From Entomortierella parvispora E1425 (taxonomy: Eukaryota > Fungi > Mortierellomycota): a DNA stretch of 64,000 nucleotides. Made by a program: the position numbers and the translations under genes. The notes under the pieces were generated by a model. The model had not been told where the DNA came from and did no database searches. It saw only the letters and a program-made list of their open reading frames with translations. Below, piece after piece: positions 22,835 to 33,500 of this stretch; positions within the stretch are counted from its first letter, which is position 1; each line of letters begins with the position of its first letter. The stretch lies in contig BQFW01000010.1 of assembly GCA_020891255.1 (NCBI GenBank), positions 434,001 through 498,000 of the forward strand, read 5' to 3'.

Positions 22835-23844
22835 ATGAAGAATTCCAGCACTCACCTCCAGGATTACAGGGATCTCTTTAACTTTTTCAGGGACCCTCCC
22901 AATGCAGCCGATCTAGTTGAAGGAAAAAGAGGTACATAGCTGGTTCTTTTATTTGTCCGAGTTGTATGAGAAACTAGACACCTTCTTAACATGAGGTTGT
23001 TATGTTGTGGCAGGGGTCTTTCTATGGCAAGGGGATAACGTAGGGAAAGTCAATCCCAAGCACAGTTCCCCAAGATTCCGTCTTCTGCGACCGAAATGTA
23101 ACGGCCAGAACCAGGCATACATTCTGGTCGCTGTAGTGTTCCTTGTCAGGAGATTCCGGGAACTTTTGGACAACCTACCCGGGAAAGATAAAAAAGAATT
23201 ATTCCGGCCTTCTCGAGATGGGTACCTGTTCAGAGATTGGGCCCACGACCTAGGGCATCAAGAGCCAGTTTTTCAGGGAGTGACAGGACAAGCTTATTGG
23301 TCCATGTACGACCTACTTTTGAAGAAGTATGCCGATTACCAATATATCAGCAGGAACATCGGGAGGGAATACGCGTTCGAGCCAACTATCCTCTTCAATT
23401 GGGTCAAGGAGCTTTCTGAGCTGAGTGCAACCTATTTCCGTCGTGCTTTTCCGACGTACAAACGCAGTGGCGAAATGTACAGAGCAGGGGGAAATGAACA
23501 GCAAGAGGATAGAGCGGAAGACGAAGAGAAAAAACGCTCAATCACGGTCACGGTCACGGTCACTATCACGGTCAAGGTCAAGGTCAAGGTCACGGTCAGT
23601 AGAATATGGTGCCATATCAACCACCCTCGCGGATAGGTCGGCCAAACGGATAAAGCTAGATCTCGTCTCTCAGCAATCTGGTAGTTCACGGCCGGCCTTA
23701 GCGGGGTTGGGAAGCGAAACGGATAGAAGTCAACTTCGTTTAGATAGTCTGTCGCCATACATCGGAGAGCAACTTACAGCCATGTCTGACGCGATATACG
23801 ACCTTTCCCAGAAGGTTATCCAGTTATCACAGCTTTTGCAGTAA
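22835..23844 (+). CDS. Accessory gene inside the MULE, unknown function; C-terminal RS-dipeptide tract and predicted coiled coil
   Basis: Exon 1 22835-22931 (MKNSSTHLQDYRDLFNFFRDPPNAADLVEGKR), GT-AG intron 22932-23013, exon 2 in frame with ORF 23007-23636. An apparent frameshift at the A6 run 23529-23534 leads into RSRSRSLSRSRSRSRSRS...LSQKVIQLSQLLQ. Confidence 0.6.
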
Positions 23845-24422
23845 GTGCTTCAACGTACAACCTAGAGAGTACTCTAGAGAGATATGACTCATGCCCATGC
23901 CGTCCTGTGATTTGCCTACTAACTGGCATTTCTTCCCATGCCAGCACGGAAGTTCAAACGAGGCCCCCTTTACGGCACGTGCCAATGGCTCCCGTTCGTT
24001 TGCAACCCTGTGAAAAATCCTAATGAGCGATTTCTAGACTGGACGCGGTGAGCACAGGTGGGGTCCCGGAACTGCTCCTTTTGGTATCCTTTCAGTCTAC
24101 AGTCATGCCATTGGTCATTGGGTTGGTTCCCGGATGGACGGAGTAACGCGAAATAAAGCCCCGCCTTTCAGCTACTACTGTACTGTACGTATACACTTTA
24201 GTGCTGCTCACTTTCTGGCCTTTGATTTGTTCTCAAGTGATGCTCACATCAAACAGTACCGGAATTAAGCTCCGGCCGGACGACTGCTGCTGCCTCGCCG
24301 CCAGGAAGAACTGCCCAAATTGAAGAAGGCGCCAACTTGCTGATATCTTTTTTCTTCTCTCATTTCTTCATCACCCTTCAACTCTACCCTCATTAGCTCA
24401 TTCCAATACACCTTCCTTCACA

Positions 24423-27400
24423 ATGAGCAGAAACCCCCTCTACTCCATCGAAGATATGGATCTCGCGTTGCGAGTCGCTTCAATGGTGAAGGACGCCAAA
24501 ATCAATCCCGATAAACTTAGAGAACTTCTCCCTCTAATCAACCGTATTGCTGATCAAGGTGGGGATCGAGAGAGCAAGAGGGCACCCTCCCCATCGCCTC
24601 TGGGAAGAAGCCCCCAGAAGCCTCGAACCGCGAAGAGGGCGAGACGCCTTCTCGCCCTTCCTCCGTCAATTTCTACTTCAGAAGAAGAGTTCCTGAGCTG
24701 GGCAAATCCAAATCGCCGTCTCTCCACCCCTTCTTCCTCTTCTTCTTCGGAGGGTTTTCCCGAGTTTGCGTCGAAAGAAGAGTAAGTAAACATCAGCTGA
24801 ACTTTTGAAGCCATTCCTCCTTGTGGCAGTCTACTGAGATTCTTCCTATTCAAAACGTAGAACGCGCGTCAAGCATCAAGATGTCATCACCATCGAGAGC
24901 GACGATGAGTCTCCGTATGTTTCTACTTGTCTTGTTACTGATTTGTACGATCATCATATTAACGTCTAGCCTGTCTTTTTTTTTTTTTTTTTTTTTTTTT
25001 TGCGTAAACGGTTAATAGTGACTCTAAGGTCTGTCGCGAAAAGGACGGTTCGCGACTAAGGTACCAACTAGTGACCGACCTTTGTTCTTTTCATATCAAG
25101 CTCAACTTTCGATATCAAACTGACCATCTGTTTCACCCACTTGTCTATTATTTGCCATTTTCAACGAAGCTACCGCGAAGCAGCCGCTTTTCGTAAGACT
25201 GACGCTGTTACCCTCCTCGCAGACAGAGAAATTTCAAACACGAGCACTAAACTTACCTTGACGACAACCAGATCTGGGCATGGGTATGTTCAGTTCTAAA
25301 ATCTCGAAATGAACGCTTTCCTTGCTAATTTACTCATTATTTCGCCTTTGATCCCGCTTTTCTTTTCTGTCTAGACTTGTGGCAAAGTTTTCGAAAAGGC
25401 TCTCCCCCTCCCCAGTTGCTGCACCTGCTACACTTGCCAAGACCGGAGCTTGTGTGTCTGCCCCGTCAATTGCGCGGTCTATTTCCCCCAGTTGCCAGGT
25501 CTGTTTCCCCCAGTTGCCAGGTCTGTTTCCCCGTTTAGCACACCTTCAGCGCTCGATAAGACCGTAAATACCGCGCCTGTGGTGCCCACCCCCCGATTGC
25601 TGCGCCTGTGGTGCCTACCCCCCCAATTGCCGCACCTGTGGTGCCCACCCCCCTGATTGCCGCGCCTGTGGCGCCTGCCCTCCCAGTCGTCGCATCTGTC
25701 AAACCTGCTACTTGCACCAAGTTCGCAATTGACACGGCATCCACTCCTGCGGCCAAACCTATGACCTTACATCCTAATGGATTAAGAAGATCATATTCTG
25801 GGTAAGGGCTTTCATCCCATAAGCACTGTCATCCTTCCTTCATATATCTGAAAGCTGACGTATTCTACTGTGTATAGCCCGCTTCCTGTTTCTCGTCCTG
25901 TTTCTGGCCCTTTTATTGGTCCGATTGCCAAGCTTCCTGTTGCTGGTCCACTTGATGGTCGTCGATTTGCTGGTCATCCATTTGCTGGTCCATATGTTGG
26001 ACACCCTGATGCTGGTCCATATGCAGGTCTTGCAGGCCCATTTGCTGGTCATCTTGCTGGCGTCTCTTTTGCTGGTCATCCAGTTGCTGATCCGTTTGTC
26101 TGTTATTACCCCGGCTCTCGTCATGAAGTGAGAAAACCCTGCTCCAGGTATGATGATCAGAAGTTCAATTGACTTTGGTGTGTTCCTTTTTTCTTTCGAT
26201 CTAATCTCTCTTTCTTTTATAGCTCAAATAACCCTATCGTTATTCCAGATGACCTGTAAGTTTTTTTTTTTTTTTTTTTTTTGAACGTCGACGACAGTTC
26301 CTTGATCCCAAGCCATGGTGAGGATCGATTGCTAGTGGTCCTAACCGCCATACTCCTATGTTTTATATGCTAGACCTACAATTTCTGTCAGGTATTCGTT
26401 CAAAGATACCCCCGGCGCTTCCTTCCTCGCTAAAAGTGATGGGGTCGGTGCTGAGGACTCACCAAGCGTGGCGCCTGCTCCTACTACAAGAGATACTTCC
26501 GGTACTTCTCATACTTCTGATACTCCTGATGATGTATTTGCGAATGTGGTTAAGTCTCCCTCAACTGGGTATGTTCGCCACTTGATGACGTTTTATGTTG
26601 ATCCCTGTCGTCTTTTTTCTGTGTCGTTCTCGTACGTTCCCTGGTATTTATTCAGATTCTTGTCTTTTTTTAGGCTGCATGTCGGTGCTACGCCTGCTGA
26701 CGAGCAGAAACTAAAGTCCTCGAGAGAGGCAGCTTCCTCAGAAAATAGCAGAGGGTATGGATACTACTGCATCTCATCTCGTTCCTCTCGGGGCTATAGT
26801 CTGTCTGCTAACTTTTTTTTTTTAAAAAAACGAATTGTAGAAGCCTCGAGTCAAGCGACGAGTTCCCAAATGGAAACATCAAGTTTAAGCGCAATGTCCA
26901 GGACTATGACACCATTTTACTCGCTCGGAGTGTAGGCTGGGCGACTCAAGTTTACCGGCGCAATATCAAATCTGATGGGTCAATGATCAAAATCCACAAA
27001 AAGTGCCTTGGTATTCTGCGATGCCCAGCTCCTGACTGTCGGTGGGTGCGGCGACCAAAAGTTAATGGACCTGTTGATTACGTCACAGGCGAAACGCGTA
27101 TCGACATGTCGGACACACCCGAGAGCCAATTTTGCGCTATCCACGAGAGAGCTTGAACATCTGCCATGTACAGCTGTCCTGGATTTGGTCGAGGAAGGGG
27201 GATGCATCAAGTTCACCCATCGCGGTTACCATACACATCAGGCACCAATCCCGAAGCGCGCGTCGCAGGATGCGTTGAATTACCTGGAGACGATTGTTTC
27301 TACGGCTCCTGAAAGCAGACCCAAGCACCTTCTCCACAAGACGGAGTTGCGAGACCCCATCAGCCGGAAGTATATGGTATATCGCAATCTCAGCTATGTG

Positions 27401-30141
27401 AGACACCTCCGGAACAAGATCATACACAAGAATCGAAGCGCCAACGACCTTGGTTCGCTAGCGGCTTTGGAGGAAGTGGTCGGGTCCTGCTTCGTAGTGT
27501 CCTCAAGTATTTCATCGTTTGATGGACACATATCAATTGTCATTGACTTTATCCGAGAGCACGCTCAGACACTGGATTCTTCGTTGTCGACGGATTCGAT
27601 TCATGATATTGTAACGGACGACCACTACGCCGATATCTGCGTTACGGTCACCTCGGCCTTCAGTGATTTTTGTTGACCGGACAGTACCGATAACAATGAC
27701 GATCCACCTTGGCAAGACCTCCGAACACTACAAGAAGCATTTCCTGGCCGTATTCGACGTCCTTAATTATCGAGACTGGGACGACTTCGACGAAAACTTT
27801 CCTGGGATGACCTGTGACTTTGCAGATGCAGAGCGAATTGGATTCAAAGACGCTGTTCTTGAGCGTTTTGACATCGCTCCTGAAGACTTCGTTCTCGAGC
27901 GATACTTTGGCTACTGCATTGTCCATTACGAGCGATCGGTAGTCCGGATTCGCAAAAATGGCGCCATTATTCCACCGGGAAAGGAGATGGACTTCTACGT
28001 TGACGCCATGATGCTTGCATCCAGCTCTGTGACCCGCTTCGAGTTCGATAATATGGTAGCCGGATTATTAGAGAGGTTTCCCAAGATCCGCCGTTGGCTT
28101 GACTTCTACCTTCATCAAGATCGTTCCAAGATTATTTTCCCTGCACTTCGGGATGTTGCAGCGAAGGAAACAATCAGTAAAGACACCAACGCCCAGGAGA
28201 GTCTGGGAGGAGACTTCAAGTTATTCGTCAAGCGTACGCACCCAACTTGCTCGATCATCCAGGGGGTCTCAGCGATCGTCAGATACCAGGAGAGCTTCAT
28301 GGAGGACTTCGAATTCGTGTGTCAGGGTGGTGTTCTTCGCTACAAGGACAGCAGGAAGGAAAATCCTACACAGAGGTCTCGATCATCCAGAGAAGGTGCA
28401 AAAAATCGAAGGAAGACTGCTGGGATGAAGTTGCGGGCACAGCACGACAGCTTCGTGCCAAGAAAGCCACTGGTAAATGTCAAGTACACCAATGACGGTC
28501 GAGCACCGGACACCACCAAGGCCCTTCTTGACGAAGAAACCAACACCAAAGCAAAGGGTGCCAAAAGAAAGCGTGTCATCGAACCCAGGGACACAGGAAG
28601 GGACACCGAAGGCAGAGGTGCAGGACGGCCAAGAGGAAGTCGTAATGTATTGCCCTCCATCAGATCTGTCGGAGATATCGACTGGGATACCTTTGGGATC
28701 CCATGGAGGAGACAAGAGCCTGTTGCGAATCGATTCACATTCGAGAACAGTTGCCCTGTCGACACAACTTTGATGGCCTGGTTCCTGCTATCAAAATATT
28801 CTGGGGCGACTCTCCCATCAGCCGTCGCAAGATCAAATGCGGGTCAAACGTTGTTACGAGTTATGGAGGAGATCCGGGCCACACGGTACGACTACGCGCG
28901 AGAGCTGTGGTGCACTGAGGCGATGGAGCTAGCTGGAGATCAGCACCATGACCTCTTCAAGAGTTTGGAGGAGGTATTTCTTGATATTCTACCTGGTTTG
29001 ACGCGTTTCGAGACAGTAAGAACGACGGAGTGCACCCGATTGGAATGTCCACAGCGGATCGAAATGTTCACCCCAAGAGCAGTTGTGATGTCGGCCTGCG
29101 CGAGGATTACCCAGAGTTCTTTTGACCAATCATGGACTCGTCAGACTGAGTTTACTTGTTCAACCAAGGTCGACATATCATCTGGGGGTGATTCCGAGAT
29201 GATCGGAGAGGACACAAGAGTGGAGTCGCTGATCAATGTCGATGGAGGGCTTGAGTTTTGGCACGCCTGCGCAGGAGAGAGAAAATCAACAGGGCCGATA
29301 ACTTTGACAACCCATCCCTATATGTTGGTTCTCGACTTCCTTCAATCCGCTTATGAAGTCAATGGAGAAGCAGGACCATGTATACCTCCGGCGTTTCTGA
29401 CCATGAACCTCAAGGATTACAAGCGAGCAGCCATAATGTACAGTAACGGGACGCACTTCTGTTGCACGGTCTTTGCTGGTACGGTTGCATTTGTGTATGA
29501 TGGAGCGAGAAGAGGAAGACTCATCCGCAATGTACCAATCAAGTCGGTCACTCATCCCCCCTGGCTACCGAATCATTCATGTTTGGTATATTATTGAGCG
29601 CCCAGACCCGGAGGAGGACTTGTCGCTGATCGCAAAAGATGTCGTTTCGATGGGCTCAAGCAATGGCAGCCCAACTGCAGATGCCGAATCACATAGCACC
29701 AGTACTGTTGACAGGAGTGATACCAATCCGTGCAAGGAGTCTGCCAAGCCTCAGAAGGGCTCTCCGTCTGTCAGTGCTAATGGCAAGGCCAAGAGTACTG
29801 CCAGTAGCGAAACCAAGGTGATTGGCACTCGCCGAAGCCAAAGAGGAGAGGTCACTTTGCCACCCTTTCAAGACACTCTCAAGACCCGCCGTAGTAAGAA
29901 GACCTACTACCCTGCTGGTCTTAGTGTTTGTTCTGTCAGCAAGAAAGGGAAGCGGCCTGTTTGCGGTGCTTGCAAGGAAGAGCTCGAGCGCGATAGTCGC
30001 AGGTTTGTTTTTACAACTATCTCGGGGGATGATATTAAGAGAGTAGACAATGTCTCTTACCACTTCAACCACAGCTGCATGGCAGCGCTTCCTGTGGGCC
30101 ATCATGCCGAGGCTCAGGATGCGCTAGATAGTGAACTTTGA
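24423..30141 (+). CDS. MULE transposase: intron-rich low-complexity N-terminus, GCM-type Zn domain, DDE core, USP-like protease domain, PARP-type Zn finger; several apparent frameshifts
   Basis: GCM-like 26858-27245 (EFPNG...VGWATQVYRR...KKCLGILRCPAPDC...RP...CAIH..ELEHLPC...FTHRGYHTHQAP); DDE core ~27590-28205; ENSCPVDTTL ~28750, GTHF ~29455, YDG ~29500; CGAC...YHFNHSC 29960-30080. Frame breaks at ~27150, 27667-27671 and ~29591. The 5' exon structure is only partly resolved. Confidence 0.8.
25573..25690 (+). repeat. 30-bp coding tandem repeat (APVVPTPPIA, ~3.5 copies) in the transposase N-terminal region
   Basis: Units start at 25573, 25602, 25632 and 25662; the first unit is one C short in a C-run. 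Confidence 0.85.
25920..26090 (+). repeat. Coding repeat of GCTGGTCCA/GCTGGTCAT modules (FAGHP/AGPY peptides)
   Basis: Translation VAGPLDGRRFAGHPFAGPYVGHPDAGPYAGLAGPFAGHLAGVSFAGHPVADP. Confidence 0.75.
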
Positions 30142-30428
30142 GCAAAGGAGAGAAGGAAAGAAAGAAGAGAAAGAAGAGAATAAAGCTGGTGATTTTTTGA
30201 ACGTCTTTTTGTCTTTTCTGTGAGGCGAGTTTTATTGAGCAAAGTGCGTAAAGTGAAGTTCGAGCCCAACTGTTTACAGCTTGAACAAGTCCAGTCGACT
30301 ATCAAGATGGCTACAAAGCTATATCCCTCTGTCTGTTTTTTCGGTGTCAACAGGCAGCACACACAGGCCAGCTGCTAGTCCTTCGTCGCTGGATTGAGCC
30401 AGGGTTTGGAAGTGGTCTGTGAGTAACG

Positions 30429-30511
30429 CTGGCATCCCACCCATTCTATTTTCGGCAAACGTTCATTCTCTGGCATCCCACCCATTCTATTTTCAGACAC
30501 AACGTTCATTC
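30429..30511. repeat. Subterminal ~41-bp direct repeat, two copies, overlapping the right TIR
   Basis: CTGGCATCCCACCCATTCTATTTTC starts at 30429 and 30470, each followed by ..AACGTTCATTCTC. Confidence 0.85.
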
Positions 30512-30566
30512 TCAGACGTAAGGTTCATAACTCTATACAGGAATCAACAGTAAAATCTATACACCC
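30484..30566 (-). repeat. Right terminal inverted repeat of the MULE
   Basis: Reverse complement reads GGGTGTATAGATTTTACTGTTGATTCCTGTATAGAG...GTCTGAAAATAGAAT. Confidence 0.95.
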
Positions 30567-30575
30567 ATATTAAAC
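30567..30575. repeat. Right target-site duplication ATATTAAAC
   Basis: Identical to 21206-21214. Confidence 0.95.
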
Positions 30576-33500
30576 TGAGCCTCTGCATCGCCCTGGATGG
30601 AGGCCTTTCGGTACCAACTCATTGCTTTGAAGAAGTCCTGGTCAACCTCTTCGCCACGCTCATAGATTTTGCCCAGCTCACGTTGTGCATCGGCCTTTCC
30701 TTGCGTGGCCGCGTCCAAAATTTTTGCCAAGGACTTGCGAGAATTGGCGACCGCTAGAACGGTCCCGTCTCGCTTTCGTAGAGCCTCTAACCAGCGGCGG
30801 GCTTGTTCATTCCCTCGTTCTGAGGCCTTCCAATACCACTCGGCGGCTTTAGAGGCATCCCGCGGAACATTTTCGCCAAGATCATACATGACGCCTAGTC
30901 GAAGTTGGGCTCGATCGTTTCCTTGATTGGCAGACATCAAGTACCACTCCAAAGATTTCGAGTGGTTCTTTTCAACGCCTCTTCCTTGGCCGTACATAAA
31001 TCCCAGGTAGCGCTGAGCATCACTGTTTCCTTGGCTGGCAGCCGACTTTAAAAGCCACTCCACAGCCTTTGTGTGGTCCTCAGGGGCACCTTGGCCTTGA
31101 TCATACATGATGCCCAAGTAGTACTGCGATTCCTTATCTCCTTGTTCTGCGGCCTTCGAATACCACCTCATTGCCTCGGAGTAATCCTGTTGAACGCCCT
31201 CGCCATAGTAATACAAGCCGCCGAGATAGTACTGTGCTTCGGCGTAACCTTTCTCAGCCGCTTTTAAAAACCAGGTTCTGGCTTTGGAAAGATTGGCTGG
31301 GACGCCATCGCCATAGTAGTACATAAGACCCAAGTGCTGTTGGCTTTCCGTGCTTCCTCGGTTGGCAGCCCTTTTAAACCAATGCATTGCCTGGGCGAAA
31401 TCCTGAGGTACTCCAAGGCCCCAGTAGAGCAATTGGCCAACAAAGCACTGTGCTTCCGCGTTTCCTTGGCTGGCCGATTTGAGATAGCAAGACATTGCTT
31501 CCTTGTAGCTTTGTCGAACTCCATCTCCGGTCCGGTACAGGTGCCCCAGGCTCAGTTGCGCCTGCGGAAGTCCTTGTTCGGCCGCCTTCATAATCCACTC
31601 CTGAGATTTATATCCATCCTGTGGAACACCATGACCATTCTCGTACATCAGGCCCAGGAAGTACATAATGTGCTTTTCGGAAGCATCTCTTTCCCCGATG
31701 ACAACGTTTGCGTTGGGGCTTTCTAGGGGAACAGGTTTCTCACTCTTGCCCGAAAGTCCTGCATTGCTTTGGGTGCGAGCTAGTCCTCTCTCGGGATAAT
31801 ACGTTCGCCAGTCCCGTTTCTGATCACTGTCCGGTGGGAGAGAATATCCCTGTCCGTGCAATTCCAGCAGATATTCCCGAGAGTTGGTGTCCCCTTGATT
31901 AGCGGCTTTCAGATACCATTCCATGGCTTTGGAGCAGTCCTTAGCAACACCTTTGCCATCTCTGTGCATATGGCCAAGGTACCGCTGGGCATGGTCGTAT
32001 CCTTGTTTGGCGGCGCTCAAGAACCAATCCAGTGCCTCCTCATAGTCCCGCGGAAACCTATCGCCCATGTAGTAGAGCATGCCCACAAAATACTGGGTAT
32101 GAGCGTTTCCCTGTTTAGCCGACCTTGTATACCACTCTAGGGCTTTAGGGAGGTCCTGCGTAACACCTTGGCCCAGACTATAGAGGTGACCCAGACTGAA
32201 TTGGGCTCTCGCGTCCCCCTGGTTGGCGGCTTTCAGATACCACTCCACGGCCTCGGAGTCATCGCCATAAATATTCTCGTACAAGTGGCCCATGTTGTGC
32301 TGGGAGTGGGCGTCTCCTTGGTTGGCGGCCTTCAAGTACCACTTCATGGCGTTAGAATAGCTCTTCTCCTTCTCGTACATAAGGCCAAGACTGAACTGGG
32401 AAAATACCTCCCTTTGAGATGCGGCCTTCATGAACCACTCCCTAGCCCTGACAGAGTTTTGTGGTACGCCTTTTCCAAGATGATACATCCTCCCAAGGTT
32501 GCTCTGGGCGTCCTCGTGTCCTTGGTCGGCGGCCTTGATGTACCACTCCACAGCTTTTGTGAGATCCTGTGGTACACTCCTGCCTTCCTCGCACAAGCGC
32601 CCCATGTAATATTGAGAGTGTGCCTCTCCATCGTTGGCGTCCTCCAGGTACCAAGCTACAGCTTCCTGAAAATCCCCTGGAAATCCGGTTCCATGCTTGT
32701 ACATCATACCGAGGAAATGTTCGGCGTGAGCATTTCCTTGGTTGGCGGCCCTCAGGTACAAGTCTGTGGCGATCGACAACGCCTGCTCTGTTCCTGTGGT
32801 GAGGGGAAGGCCAAAAATGAATTCATCAAGTTTCCATGTGGCGATTTGCTGATGTTCTCCTAGAGGTACGACAGCGTGCGGATCTTTGCCGATTATAGTC
32901 GTATGGGGGTCTCTGGTAGTCCAAGTAGTATGAGGCTTTCTGGCCAATATGGTTGAGTGTGGTTCTCTGGCAGGCAATATCGTCTGAGACTCGTTGATAA
33001 TTAGCCTCGCGTGAGGGTCTCCTGCGGGCAGCAGAGTGGAATGAGGACCTGTGGGCAACGCTGAAGGTTCTGTACGAAAATCTGCTGGGAGCACAACCGT
33101 ATCGATACTCCCTGTGGATGCCGTGTCGATTCGAAGCGTTTGGACGGTGGTGCTGAGACGATTGGAGCTTGTTTGACTTTTGCTCTGATTGTCGGGCGGG
33201 CTGATGACTCCGTGATCTGGTGGAGCAATAACCGCAGGGGCTGGGAAAGACGGGTCCACAGGTGCTTGACAGACACTGATCGTCAAAACGACATCCAAGA
33301 TTGCGCCTGGGCAGTGCCTGATGCAGTGTGGAACTATTCTAAGAAAGCGAGAAACGCCGTACTCAGTTAGCATTGTTTCTCCTCATGCGTAGAACCAGTC
33401 CTATGAGCTATTGAGTTCTCAGGCAACCACATTACCTGCTTCGATTCGCGTCCCGAAGCAGCTTAGCTACACGAGTGCCATTGCGGACATGTCTGACTCC

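Larger units (their letters stand above)
21215..30566 (+). mobile_element. Mutator-like (MULE) DNA transposon, 9,352 bp, two genes, inserted in a SEL1-repeat gene
   Basis: 83-bp TIRs (76/83 identical, both start GGGT), 9-bp TSD, internal transposase with D(STDSIH)...D(TCDFADAE)...CxxH(YCIVHY)...E(TNAQESLG). Confidence 0.93.

Noticed and set aside
23432-23758. ORFs with TVTVTV or TLTLTL tracts
   Set aside because: Alternative-frame or antisense readings of the (CACGGT/CAAGGT)n repeat; the RS frame is preferred because it continues into a plausible C-terminus.
27140-29600. Programmed ribosomal frameshifting in the transposase
   Set aside because: Several breaks with no consistent slippery heptamer, and similar slips occur in unrelated genes; indel error or decay is simpler.
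30429-30566. Canonical animal GCM site (ATGCGGGT) in the TIR region
   Set aside because: Only a loose resemblance (ATGGGTGG); not a match.
30669-32863. Long + strand ORFs (e.g. 32168-32863, 31334-31726)
   Set aside because: Antisense shadows of the repetitive SEL1 coding sequence.
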